Source: Thermocladium sp. UBA166
Lineage (GTDB): Archaea > Thermoproteota > Thermoprotei > Thermoproteales > Thermocladiaceae
Assembly: GCA_002508315.1 (NCBI GenBank)
Contig: DAHE01000043.1
Coordinates: forward strand, 1,228 to 65,227
Length of the DNA: 64,000 nt
Direction of reading: 5' to 3'
Within the stretch, counting starts at the first letter, position 1; the number at the start of each line of letters is the position of its first letter. This document shows positions 20,500-30,099 of the stretch, one piece after another. The position numbers and the translations under genes are program-made. The notes below the pieces were generated by a model, which was not told the DNA's origin, did no database searches, and saw only the letters and a list, made by a program, of their open reading frames with translations.

Positions 20500-21084
20500 C
20501 TATCGGGTCCCCTCCCGTTTGAAGTTGGAAGAATAATCCTCGCCTAGCGCGGGGGAGGGGATTAATTGCCTTACATATTCTAATATTACGCCCAGCACAT
20601 TGGGCGGGTCTATCCGTGTAGTATCTATCACTAGGTCAAAAATCGATAAGTCCCTCACATCGAAGCCGTAGATATCCTTATACCTCTTTCTATTGGAATC
20701 CTCCCTATCCCTTATCTCACTCATTGCATCGCTTATGCCCCTCCCATCCCTGTTGGCCAATCGAGCTGCCCTAATGTTCTCATCAGCCTTCAAGTAAACC
20801 TTAATGTCGGCAACATCCTTCAACACCCACGCTGCTAAGTGACCCTCTATCACTACATTGCCCATCTTAGCCTCCCCCAACGCGTATGAATCAACCATTC
20901 TATCTATTGAATGATCAGACTCGGCCAATCTATGCAATTCTATCAATGATACCCCCCTCTCCTGAGCTACCTTCCTGAACAGCTCACCTATGGAAACAGC
21001 CCTATAGCCGAGCTTCCACGCCAGCAGCCTAGCTACAGTAGTTTTCCCGCTGGCCGCCTCGCCGCTTATGGCGATGACCCCCAT
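20500..21084 (-). CDS. cmk: Cytidylate kinase (archaeal)
   Basis: IAISGEAASGKTT, VIEGHLA, RYKDIYG; directly follows L34e. Confidence 0.88.
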   Translation of the reverse strand: MGVIAISGEAASGKTTVARLLAWKLGYRAVSIGELFRKVAQERGVSLIELHRLAESDHSIDRMVDSYALGEAKMGNVVIEGHLAAWVLKDVADIKVYLKADENIRAARLANRDGRGISDAMSEIRDREDSNRKRYKDIYGFDVRDLSIFDLVIDTTRIDPPNVLGVILEYVRQLIPSPALGEDYSSNFKREGTR

Positions 21085-21089
21085 TTAAA

Positions 21090-21287
21090 TCACTGGGAGA
21101 CAAGAACGCTGAGCTTCAGCGCGGTGTTAAGGCAATCACCGCAAATATAACCCCCAAAGGGCCTGCTGGATTTCTTAATGGGCTTACCGCACACAGCGCA
21201 CTTGGCAATGCCCCCGCCAGTCTTTATTCTAGATCTCCTTACTTCGCCGCTTGGGGTCTTCCTCTTATAAATTATCTTCCTAGCCAT
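21090..21287 (-). CDS. rpl34e: 50S ribosomal protein L34e (shortened)
   Basis: RKTPSG...AKCAVCGKP..SSRPFGGYICGDCL; conserved L34e-cmk synteny. Confidence 0.8.
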   Translation of the reverse strand: MARKIIYKRKTPSGEVRRSRIKTGGGIAKCAVCGKPIKKSSRPFGGYICGDCLNTALKLSVLVSQ

Positions 21288-21329
21288 AAAAAGGACATAA
21301 TATTCACCATTTAAAAATTTGACTAAAGA

Positions 21330-21417
21330 CCGCAAGCCAATCCGCTCCCAAGCCCTAAAGGACTAGGTTTGCCGTTCTTTCACCGCGTGCCGTTGAGGCC
21401 TAGGTCGGGTGGTTCAC
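21330..21417. mobile_element. Degenerate IS200/IS605-type end sequences
   Basis: Minus strand GAACGGCAAACCTAGTCCTTTAGGGCTTGGGAGCGGATTGGC resembles the element left-end hairpin; plus strand GGGTGGTTCAC resembles a right end. Confidence 0.35.
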
Positions 21418-21568
21418 GTAGTGGCTTTCAATGTGCCGCTAAAATCCGCGTACGTATACCACGCGTTTTCAAGTTAATTATGGGCGGGCATGGATTATTA
21501 CTTCACTCAAAAACCAGTTACCCCCAAAATGGAGGATATCTCACCGAATTAATTTTGCACTAAGACTT

Positions 21569-21630
21569 TCAGCGGCCCCCCACAGGGCCTTTTTATCTTC
21601 ATCGATACGAGTAACTCTGACTCATCACGG
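21569..21630 (-). ncRNA. Candidate C/D box sRNA
   Basis: Minus strand GUGAUGA (C)...UCGAUGA (C'-like)...CUGA (D) over 60 nt; TTTTAAAA box 23 nt upstream; no useful ORF. Confidence 0.3.
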
Positions 21631-21813
21631 TCCAGGCAATGCTATGCGTGTTTTAAAAGATGCGCTGGTTAGCCGTGAATGGGCGTCCGCCTTAAATTAA
21701 GTTGATTTTCTCCTCAATCCTAGCATTAACTTAGTAACTGAGAGCATTTGGCTTTCATCCCTCAGCGCTTGAGGAAGGGCTGGGGAATATTTTGGATTTA
21801 TGGAGGATCGACA

Positions 21814-23103
21814 TCACTGGCTGTGCTTCAATGATGGGATTGCCCCCGCTACCACCAATGCCGCGCTTATCATCATGACGGCCGAGCTGGCGAACGCGGC
21901 GGCGCTTGGGGCTCCCTGCATTAATAGAAGCACTAGAAGCGTGGATAATGGTCCAATGGCTGCATTCACGTTCCATCCAAAGGACACCCCACTCCATCTA
22001 GCCTCCACCGGGAAGAGGGATGTGAAGTACAGCGTTTGGGGCGCGGCAGCCAAGCCGAATGATATGCCCATTATAAATGACATCAAGGGAGCCAGCGGAT
22101 TGAAACTAAACGATAAATCAACGCCCAGCGGGGAGATAATCATCAACGCAATCGCGGAGGCAATGAAGAGGGGGCGAATGCCGATCTTGCTCAGCACGAA
22201 TCCGCTCAGTATTTCCCCTATTACGGCTCCAATTCCTCCGTACATGCTTAAGGTCAAGGCGAAGTCGAGCGCTTTTGATGGGGTTACCCCAACATGCGGG
22301 GCAATAAGCTTCGGTATTGCGTAGCTCCAGAATCCAGTGCCGCCGTAGTAGTACATAGTTAATCCAAGGTTTATCAGAATAACTATCAATAGAGCCCTCC
22401 AATGCCTTCTTACCACTGAGGCCAGGGGGAGCCTCGGTAACTTGCCAGCCCGCTTTGCCTCAACCCATTCCGGCGACTCAACGCCGCTCAGCCTAATTAT
22501 TAAGGCTATCAATGCGGGTACTGCGCCGAAGGCGTATATTGCCCTCCACCCCCACACCTTAAATGCAGACGGAGGCAACGCCCCCTTTATCGCCAATACC
22601 ATGAATGAGGAGAGAAATACTGCCCAAGAGAGTCCGCTGTACATTATTCCATTCAAAATTGGCTTGAGACGAGCCGGGGCAACCTCCATAGCCCAGGTCG
22701 CCCCCCCTCCAGCCTCCCCTCCCAGCGATAATCCTTGCAGTATCCTCATGGAGTAAAACGCGAGGGGCGCGGCCAATCCTATTGCCGAATACGGGGGTAG
22801 AAGGCCTATCACCACGGCGGCCAAGCCTATCAATCCCGCATCTAATATCGTGGTGTACCTACGTCCCCGCGTGTCGCCTAAGTGACCGAATATCACGGCG
22901 CCAAGGGGCCTCACCAGGTAGGATAAAGCGAAAGCACCCCATACTTCCAATAATCCAATTAATGGGGAGCTGGAGAAAAAGAGCGGTTGAATTATATATG
23001 CAAGTGATGAATATATTATAATATCATAATACTCCAGTCCCCATATCAGCATTGTTGAGATCACCGGGACTAGGTACTGCCTAGTTTCCAGCCTAACACC
23101 CAT
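21814..23103 (-). CDS. MFS transporter (MHS metabolite:H+ symporter-like)
   Basis: LEYYDIIIY, RPLGAVIFGHLGDTRGRR, RILQGLSLGGE, WGWR, ESP motifs. Confidence 0.88.
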   Translation of the reverse strand: MGVRLETRQYLVPVISTMLIWGLEYYDIIIYSSLAYIIQPLFFSSSPLIGLLEVWGAFALSYLVRPLGAVIFGHLGDTRGRRYTTILDAGLIGLAAVVIGLLPPYSAIGLAAPLAFYSMRILQGLSLGGEAGGGATWAMEVAPARLKPILNGIMYSGLSWAVFLSSFMVLAIKGALPPSAFKVWGWRAIYAFGAVPALIALIIRLSGVESPEWVEAKRAGKLPRLPLASVVRRHWRALLIVILINLGLTMYYYGGTGFWSYAIPKLIAPHVGVTPSKALDFALTLSMYGGIGAVIGEILSGFVLSKIGIRPLFIASAIALMIISPLGVDLSFSFNPLAPLMSFIMGISFGLAAAPQTLYFTSLFPVEARWSGVSFGWNVNAAIGPLSTLLVLLLMQGAPSAAAFASSAVMMISAALVVAGAIPSLKHSQ

Positions 23104-23361
23104 ACCATTTTGATAAGAAACCCCTATTTTAAAGTTCTGATCCGGCATTGCGTTAACTGGCAAGGCAATCCAACGCCGAGGCCCTCACTACATTTAAGCT
23201 GGAATGAGGCTCCCTGCAACTCTGATCCCCTAATTCCTGACGGCCGACCTCCACCTCAAAACCGGGAATCGTCGGCGCTCCCATAATCCACTGAACTTGA
23301 ATGAATGATTCGCCGCTTTTCATAATTGAATAATTCCCTCGACGTTAAGGACATATTTTCT

Positions 23362-23808
23362 TTAGTATTTATCCATCAATTTAAGTAGAACGGTTTGCCG
23401 CGAGCAATCATTGCTTCTCAGCCGGGTGGCCGAACCGATTAATCTATCCCCGCCTAAATGGATCTCGACGCGTTCTCTGGATAGCGCGGCTATAGTTATG
23501 ACGTTGTGGCCAAGCGGCGAGGCTTTCTCTATGGCCTCGCTTATCTGGAGCGTGCATTGGCTCAGCGCCAGAGCCTCCATGTTTGGGTCCTTGGCGAACG
23601 CGCTTCCATCTGCTTTGGATCTAAGCGCGAAGTATAGGTAATAAAGCATGTCCACGTCCCTCGGCGCGGCCGATGCGTTCATTACTACGTATACGTCGGC
23701 CTTCACGGACTCCATTATCCGTTTCACGTCGTCGTTCGTGGCATCGCCGTCGAGGACTATAGTAATTACTTGAAAGTCAAGCGGGCCCAGATCTGTATTT
23801 ATCATCAT
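23362..23808 (-). CDS. cgi121: KEOPS complex subunit Cgi121-like
   Basis: FAKDPNMEALALSQCTLQISEAIEK matches the Cgi121 core; follows the Urm1-like gene. Confidence 0.65.
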   Translation of the reverse strand: MMINTDLGPLDFQVITIVLDGDATNDDVKRIMESVKADVYVVMNASAAPRDVDMLYYLYFALRSKADGSAFAKDPNMEALALSQCTLQISEAIEKASPLGHNVITIAALSRERVEIHLGGDRLIGSATRLRSNDCSRQTVLLKLMDKY

Positions 23809-23810
23809 TG

Positions 23811-24101
23811 TTAACCGCCATGTATGTATGATAGGAACAATACTGTGTCTCCATCCTTGAGAGGCGTTGCCAAGTCCTTTAACAGCCTGACATCCACATC
23901 GTTTACGGCTATGTATATGTCAGGCATCAATTCCTTTCCACTCATTAACCTAGATAACAGCTTGGGATTGCTTGAGCCCAGCTTTGCTATTAAGTCCTTA
24001 ATTGATGAACCGCATGGCATCTCAATATCGATTTCGTTATCCCCAGCGAATATTTTTAGCACGCCGGCGAACCTCAGTTTAATTCTGACCCCACACTCCA
24101 T
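23811..24101 (-). CDS. Ubiquitin-like sulfur carrier, Urm1/SAMP (MoaD/ThiS family)
   Basis: Beta-grasp pattern; IAVNDVDVRLL...LKDGDTVLFLSYIHGG with an Urm1-type HGG terminus. Confidence 0.85.
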   Translation of the reverse strand: MECGVRIKLRFAGVLKIFAGDNEIDIEMPCGSSIKDLIAKLGSSNPKLLSRLMSGKELMPDIYIAVNDVDVRLLKDLATPLKDGDTVLFLSYIHGG

Positions 24102-24124
24102 GTTTTTGGTGTCAGGCAAAATGA

Positions 24125-24132
24125 TTTATAAA
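24125..24132. promoter_or_regulatory. Palindromic TATA box TTTATAAA, probably shared by the divergent urm1 and ogt genes
   Basis: About 24 nt from both the minus-strand ATG (24101) and the plus-strand GTG (24157). Confidence 0.55.
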
Positions 24133-24156
24133 TCAGTTACTATCAGTTGGTCAACT

Positions 24157-24699
24157 GTGGTAAAGCGATGCATTAATGAAGCCTTGGATGGGCTCGGCCA
24201 CTCGCTGCAGTTGTGCAGGAATGGTAATGGCAAGATAGTCAGCGCCAGGTTCGTCAGGGAGGTCTCCAAGCATAGGTTCGAGCAGCCTAGCGTTGTGGAG
24301 GTGTTGAGCATGATAGAGATACCTGCCAACATGTTGGGGTTATTGATGATAGCGCTGCTCGCCATTCCTAGGGGAAAGGTAACATCATACGCGGCAATGG
24401 GTAAGCTCCTAGGCATAAGCCCTAGATTGGTGGGGTTGCTTCTCTCTAAGAACCCGATTCCAGTGCTGGTGCCGTGCCATAGGGTGATTCAATCGGATGG
24501 GAACATAGGGGGGTACTCAATACATAATCCAGCTATAAGTAATGCAGTGAATATAAAGAGAAAGCTATTGGAGATGGAGGGCATAATATTCATTAACGAC
24601 AAAGTGCCCAAGAGATTCTTCATTGATTACAGGGAACACGAGAGGATGTTCTATGAATTGTATAATGTTTACGTCAATCAAATGAAGACCAGGAGCTGA
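24157..24699 (+). CDS. ogt: Methylated-DNA--protein-cysteine methyltransferase
   Basis: IPRGKVTSY, NPIPVLVPCHRVI, KRKLLEMEG. Confidence 0.88.
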   Translation: MVKRCINEALDGLGHSLQLCRNGNGKIVSARFVREVSKHRFEQPSVVEVLSMIEIPANMLGLLMIALLAIPRGKVTSYAAMGKLLGISPRLVGLLLSKNPIPVLVPCHRVIQSDGNIGGYSIHNPAISNAVNIKRKLLEMEGIIFINDKVPKRFFIDYREHERMFYELYNVYVNQMKTRS

Positions 24700-24737
24700 T
24701 AATTGCCGGAATTATCGCCGCAAATCGAATTGGCGGG

Positions 24738-27700
24738 TCACTCTGGCTTGTGCTCCTCTATGAAATCGGATAACTCCAGCTTGGGGTATATTCCTAGGCT
24801 TATCAATTCCTGCAGCATCAACTTAAATGCGTACGGCACCACTATCTTCGATATATTGCTCTTATTGCCGTGTATGGGGCATACAGGGCGACCCTTGTGG
24901 TAATCGTACCAAGCTATCATCCCGCAATCCTCGCATACATACATTGTGTACTTATCGCTTGATTCCACTAATCTCTCGTGAAGCAGAGCGGATGCGCCGT
25001 GTGCGATCAGCACGTCTCTCTCCATTTCGCCGAGCCTCAATCCCCCCTCCCTGGATCTTCCCTCAGTGGGTTGCCTGGTCAGTATCTGGACGGGGCCGGT
25101 CGACCTAGTATGTATCTTGTCGGCAACCATGTGGTGCAGCTTCTGGTAGTAAATGACCCCAACGAATATATCTGCCACTAGCTTCTCCCCTGTTATGCCG
25201 CTGTACATTACCTCCTTGCCGGACCACCTGAAGCCAAGCCTTATCAATGCATCGCGCAGCGTCTTCTCGTCTACCCCCTCAAATGGAGTGGCATCCACTA
25301 ACTGACCAGTCATTGATGATACCTTGCCCGCTATAGCCTCCATTAATTGCGCAATAGTCATTCTACTAGGCATGCCGTGCGGATTAATTATTATGTCCGG
25401 CACTATTCCGCTCTCAGTGAACGGCATATCCTCCATGGGCAATACCATGCCTACCACCCCCTTCTGGCCGTGCCTACTAGCGAATTTATCGCCCAGCTCC
25501 GGCTTGCGTATTTCCCTGACCTTTACCTTTATCAACTTATAGCCCTCGCTGTTCTCGGTTATTAGTATCCTATCCACTATGCCCCTCTCTCCCCTCCTCA
25601 CCGTTATGGAGGAATCTCGCCGCTCCTTCTTAAGAGTCTCCTCGGCGAAGGCGCCGTAGAACCTCGGTGGGCTGGTCTTCCCTATCAACACCTCATTGCT
25701 CGACACCAGCACCTCGGGTATTATGATGCCGTCCTCATCCAGGTGCGAGTACACGTCCGCGCCCTTATACCCCCTTGTGCTTTGGGATGGTATTTCTATT
25801 TTATCCGTCTCCCCGCCGGAATACCTTATCTCCTCCGTCTCATATGTTCTATAAAATATGCTTCTGAACATCCCCCTCTCTATCGATGCCTTATTTATTA
25901 TTACGGCGTCCTCCATGTTATAACCAGTATATGATATCAACGCGACCACCGCGTTCTGGCCGGAGGGCCTTTTGCTGTAGCCGACCAGCTCGGCCCCCCT
26001 AGTGGTCACCAGCGGTCGCTCCGGATATAGAAGTAAGTGGCCCCTAGAGTCCATTCTATATCTAAAATTCGAGGCGGGCATGCCTAGGGATTGCTTTGCC
26101 ATGGCGGCCTCATATATGTTCCTCGGCGATTGATTGTGCTCTGAGAACGGTATAATGGATGCGATTGCCCCCAACATAACGGATGGGTATATCTCCATGT
26201 GAGTGAACTTGCTTAGATCCTCTCCAGGCTCTATCGCTATCAATGCATTCTCCTCCTCGTCGGCGTCTAGGTACTCTATTATGCCGTTCTTCTCCAAATC
26301 GCTCCACGTCCACGTCCCCTTCCTCAAGTTATCAATATGCTCCGGCTTCAGCCTGAGCTTGCCTCCCTCTATCACTAGGAGCGGGCGCCTTAACCTGCCC
26401 GAATCGCAGTTCACCCTGACTTCCTTCAATTCATCTATGTAGGCCACGTTTATTTCCTTGCTTATCTCATTTCTCCGCCGCATCTCCCTTAGCTTTGACA
26501 CCAATTGTCTTGGGTCTTCATGTATCCCTATCAATCTACCGTTGAGTAAAACCTCGTTGCCCTTCATGCCGTTTCTTCTCGCTGTAAGTATGTCCACGAC
26601 GCCCATTTCGTAGAGCATGTCCTCGACGTCCTTCTCATCAACCCCAACGGTCGCTGATGCTAGGAGCGCCATGTTCTTCACCAATCCACAGTTGGCGCCC
26701 TCGGGCGTCTCCACCGCGCATAGCCTGCCCCATTGGGTGGGATGAAGATCCCTGGCCTCGAAGTGGGGCTGTCCTCTTCCCAGTGATGACAAAACCCTGC
26801 GCAGGTGGCTTATTGTGGATAGATAGTTGGTTCTGTCCAGCATCTGCGTCACTCCGGTTCTATTTCCAACCCAGTTGCCCGTGGATAGGGCATGCCTTAT
26901 CCTCTCCGTCATTATGTCGGCTCTTACTATTGTGGCCAGGTTAGGTATCTTGCCCCTAGCGTAGTACTTCTCCAGTTGACTTCTTAAGTCCTGCATGAAT
27001 TGGTTAAACACGGTCTTGAATAATTGCGACATTAGGTCGCCGACCAGCCTTACCCTCTTGTTGGCCATGTGGTCCTTATCGTCCGGCTTCCTCCTACCCA
27101 GGTAAAGCTCGACCACCCCCTTTATTGCTTGTCCTAGGAGGAGCGCCTTCTTCATTCTTACCTCGGGATCCGGGGCAGTGCCTAGGTGGGGCAGGAAATA
27201 CTTGTCCAGGGTCGACAATGCTCTTTCAATTCTTATTTCCCTCAACTGGCCTATGGCTATCTTGCCCCCTATGTAATCCCTTGCATCGTCTATTGTAGCG
27301 GCAACTTGGCTTGACCTCTCGAGGGATGCCATCAATTCGTTCTGTATATCGGGATCATCGCTTATCGCCGTAACTATGTCTTGATCAGTCTCCATGCCGA
27401 GCGCCTTCATTACTATTGGGAATGGCAATTTTATGGACAATCCAACCGATTGAACATATATGACGCCGTCCCTATGTAATTCCACCGTGGCCTTGGTCCT
27501 ATAGCCGGGCCCTATCGATACTATCGTGGCCATATATACCCGTGTGCCGCCCCTTTGGTCTATTTCGTAGATGGGCTTATTGAGGGATAGGTCTTCCTGC
27601 GCCACCACAACTCTCTCGCTTCCGTTTATTATGAAGTAGCCGCCAGGGTCATCTGGATCCTCAAGCTTTTTGGGCAGGTCGTTTTGCTTCAATCCCATTA

Positions 27701-28145
27701 GGTTACAATACCTGGATTTCACCATGATGGGCATGTCGCCTATGTACACCCTCTCGCTTGGATACTCCTCGCCATTCACCACCAAGGTCATTCGCATGTA
27801 CATCGGAGCGGCGTACGTGGTGTTTCTCATCCTTGCCTCCATGGGATAGATAATACTTTCTATTCCATCTGACTCCTTAATTCTAGGCCTGCCTATTTCC
27901 ACTTTATCCACTATAAGGGAGATGCCCTTGACATTCATCTCGGCGCTTCCCATCTCCTTAACCATTTTCTGCAGCTTATTGTCCAGGAAATCATTAAAGG
28001 AATCCATTTGATGCCTAACCAATCCATTCTCCCTTATATAGGACTCCACTATGGTCCATCTATCGTTGGTGGAGGGGAAAAGCCCCACATCATCGGCCTT
28101 AGTCAGGTATGGAAGTGCTAGCGATCCCTTCTTCATGCGGGTCAA
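24738..28145 (-). CDS. rpoB: DNA-directed RNA polymerase subunit B (Rpo2, unsplit)
   Basis: [55 protein letters not shown]. Confidence 0.98.
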   Translation of the reverse strand: MTRMKKGSLALPYLTKADDVGLFPSTNDRWTIVESYIRENGLVRHQMDSFNDFLDNKLQKMVKEMGSAEMNVKGISLIVDKVEIGRPRIKESDGIESIIYPMEARMRNTTYAAPMYMRMTLVVNGEEYPSERVYIGDMPIMVKSRYCNLMGLKQNDLPKKLEDPDDPGGYFIINGSERVVVAQEDLSLNKPIYEIDQRGGTRVYMATIVSIGPGYRTKATVELHRDGVIYVQSVGLSIKLPFPIVMKALGMETDQDIVTAISDDPDIQNELMASLERSSQVAATIDDARDYIGGKIAIGQLREIRIERALSTLDKYFLPHLGTAPDPEVRMKKALLLGQAIKGVVELYLGRRKPDDKDHMANKRVRLVGDLMSQLFKTVFNQFMQDLRSQLEKYYARGKIPNLATIVRADIMTERIRHALSTGNWVGNRTGVTQMLDRTNYLSTISHLRRVLSSLGRGQPHFEARDLHPTQWGRLCAVETPEGANCGLVKNMALLASATVGVDEKDVEDMLYEMGVVDILTARRNGMKGNEVLLNGRLIGIHEDPRQLVSKLREMRRRNEISKEINVAYIDELKEVRVNCDSGRLRRPLLVIEGGKLRLKPEHIDNLRKGTWTWSDLEKNGIIEYLDADEEENALIAIEPGEDLSKFTHMEIYPSVMLGAIASIIPFSEHNQSPRNIYEAAMAKQSLGMPASNFRYRMDSRGHLLLYPERPLVTTRGAELVGYSKRPSGQNAVVALISYTGYNMEDAVIINKASIERGMFRSIFYRTYETEEIRYSGGETDKIEIPSQSTRGYKGADVYSHLDEDGIIIPEVLVSSNEVLIGKTSPPRFYGAFAEETLKKERRDSSITVRRGERGIVDRILITENSEGYKLIKVKVREIRKPELGDKFASRHGQKGVVGMVLPMEDMPFTESGIVPDIIINPHGMPSRMTIAQLMEAIAGKVSSMTGQLVDATPFEGVDEKTLRDALIRLGFRWSGKEVMYSGITGEKLVADIFVGVIYYQKLHHMVADKIHTRSTGPVQILTRQPTEGRSREGGLRLGEMERDVLIAHGASALLHERLVESSDKYTMYVCEDCGMIAWYDYHKGRPVCPIHGNKSNISKIVVPYAFKLMLQELISLGIYPKLELSDFIEEHKPE

Positions 28146-28417
28146 CCCGACACCACTATTCTGTAGAATATTATTTCCCCAGCCGTGGGGGATTTCCTAT
28201 ATATCCTAACAACGCTCCCCGGCTTCGCTCCTAGGGCCTTTATGAGGGGATCTTGTGCCCTTATCCACGGCAATTGCCAAGGTGCAACGTTCAGCTTCTT
28301 CAGTATAGCCTTAGCCTCATCCATTGAAACGAGCTCCGCCTTGGGCACTAATTCATGATCCAAGGCCCGCCGGGCAATCAATTCATCTTTTTTTCTCCTC
28401 GAACGATGGGACGACAT
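28142..28417 (-). CDS. rpoH: DNA-directed RNA polymerase subunit H (Rpo5)
   Basis: [25 protein letters not shown]. Confidence 0.95.
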   Translation of the reverse strand: MSSHRSRRKKDELIARRALDHELVPKAELVSMDEAKAILKKLNVAPWQLPWIRAQDPLIKALGAKPGSVVRIYRKSPTAGEIIFYRIVVSG

Positions 28418-28546
28418 TATACTCCATTACGATAGAATACCGTTAATAAATCTTTTCCAGACGATCCACGATTCTTTTGCGGCTTCATTCATCATTGATT
28501 CCCATCATGCATCAACTATTAATATGCATTTGAATTGATTATCGAC

Positions 28547-29317
28547 ATGATAAGGCCAAGTGCCAAGGTTCTTGCCTTCACCAGTGGATCCAAAGGCGGG
28601 GTCGGCAAGAGCACCATAGTGGCCAACGCGGCTGCAATAATAGATGCCCCGGTGGCGGTGGTGGACTTGGGCTTCGACGGGAATAACACTGTTAGCAAGT
28701 TGCATGGAATAGACGATAATGACGACGGCATCTTGAACTACTTGGCGACGGGCGCCAAGCTTAAGATACATGAATCGAAGGAGCATAAGAACGTCTCAAT
28801 AATCCCGCCGGGCGACCTTGACTATAGATATTTCCTCCTCTTCAGCGCCAATAGGTATGCCGTGGCGGCCAGATTCGAGAGATTAATAATCGACCTTTCA
28901 AGAAATGGAGTAAAGCTTGTGCTGGTCGACTTCCCGGCAAACATGGATAAGTCGATACATCATACACTGATAGCCTTCTCCGACATAGTTAACCTAATAA
29001 TGGAACCCAGCGAATCATCGATAGACTCCCTGACCAAATTGTATAAGGAAGTGATGGGCTTCTACGATGGATATGGCGTCATAAATACTATCGTCAATAT
29101 GATAGCGGTGGATAACGATCCATTAGCTGACTATTCCAGGAAGTACGTTAATAACGGAGAGGCGATGAGGATACCGTTTGATCATTATGCCAGATATTAT
29201 ACAAATAACGGCGCATTGGCGATTCACTACAGGACTGATGGCTTTACGTCAGCCATAACCAGCGTCGTCAAGCAAGTATCGAAGCAGGCGGAGCAGTTGA
29301 TGGGGGTGAGGTTATGA
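28547..29317 (+). CDS. ParA/MinD-family ATPase
   Basis: Deviant Walker A SKGGVGKSTI, VVDLG, LVDFPA, IPFD. Confidence 0.85.
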   Translation: MIRPSAKVLAFTSGSKGGVGKSTIVANAAAIIDAPVAVVDLGFDGNNTVSKLHGIDDNDDGILNYLATGAKLKIHESKEHKNVSIIPPGDLDYRYFLLFSANRYAVAARFERLIIDLSRNGVKLVLVDFPANMDKSIHHTLIAFSDIVNLIMEPSESSIDSLTKLYKEVMGFYDGYGVINTIVNMIAVDNDPLADYSRKYVNNGEAMRIPFDHYARYYTNNGALAIHYRTDGFTSAITSVVKQVSKQAEQLMGVRL

Positions 29318-29586
29318 TTTCCAACAAGCAGGAGAGATTGAATAGATTGGGCGATGTATTGGGCGATGAAGTGAAGGAGTCCAGCAAGGAAAAAGGCCAG
29401 GACAGTAAGGTCAGGAGAGCCATGAGGTTGACAAGGGACCTAATAGAGCTGCTGGGAGATGATGAATTGACGAAGAAGATACTCTCCAAGATAACGGCAG
29501 ATGACATAGTGGGGGAGGTGAGGCAAATCGATCCAGAGCTGGCGAGCTTCCTGCAGGTTTGGTTATCGATTAGGTGTCCCCAGTGA
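29314..29586 (+). CDS. Hypothetical protein (90 aa), possible ParA adaptor
   Basis: ATGA overlap with the ParA gene, GGGGTGAGG RBS; N-terminal RLNRLGDVLG arm. Confidence 0.65.
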   Translation: MISNKQERLNRLGDVLGDEVKESSKEKGQDSKVRRAMRLTRDLIELLGDDELTKKILSKITADDIVGEVRQIDPELASFLQVWLSIRCPQ

Positions 29587-30092
29587 ATGAGCGGAAATTG
29601 GACGAGCTTAATGAAAGAATGAGACGAGACCTGAGCAGTATATCCATGAAACGCATGGATAAAGTAAGGAAGGTCGCGGCCTTCAGACGAAATTACGAGA
29701 AGAGCATGGCGAAGAAATGCGGTAAGCTGCGTGAGCAATGCCTTAAAATGCTACGTGATGTCTTGAATGGCTATGATGCGAGCGATGTGAATGCATTGCT
29801 AAGCAAGGGTAACGCGGCGATCATTGCCTTTTTTCTGTGGAGAAGGGATGAAATTGCATTGATGGATTATCTGAGCAATGGGAAGTACGATTCAAACGCG
29901 GTGAGGCAAGCGTATTTGGGCTTGGGAGCCAAGGAGTGGGATATAGATGAGGCATTGGGCGGCGGGAGGAAGAATGAAAAACTGATCATAATTAAGCTGC
30001 CCAGGAGGAAGCGTGTCGATGCAGAGAGGAAAAAAGACGACCTCCCCCAATTGACCACAATAGACGACCTACCGGATGATCTATTTAAGTAG
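29574..30092 (+). CDS. Hypothetical basic helical protein (172 aa)
   Basis: Overlaps the upstream gene and ends 7 nt before the ATPase ATG; K/R-rich with an acidic DDLPDDLFK tail. Confidence 0.65.
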   Translation: MSPVNERKLDELNERMRRDLSSISMKRMDKVRKVAAFRRNYEKSMAKKCGKLREQCLKMLRDVLNGYDASDVNALLSKGNAAIIAFFLWRRDEIALMDYLSNGKYDSNAVRQAYLGLGAKEWDIDEALGGGRKNEKLIIIKLPRRKRVDAERKKDDLPQLTTIDDLPDDLFK

Positions 30093-30099
30093 TTGGCCT

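Noticed and set aside
23824-24156. Long N-terminal extension of ogt (291 aa in the track)
   Set aside because: Antisense shadow of the Urm1 gene; the real start is near 24157
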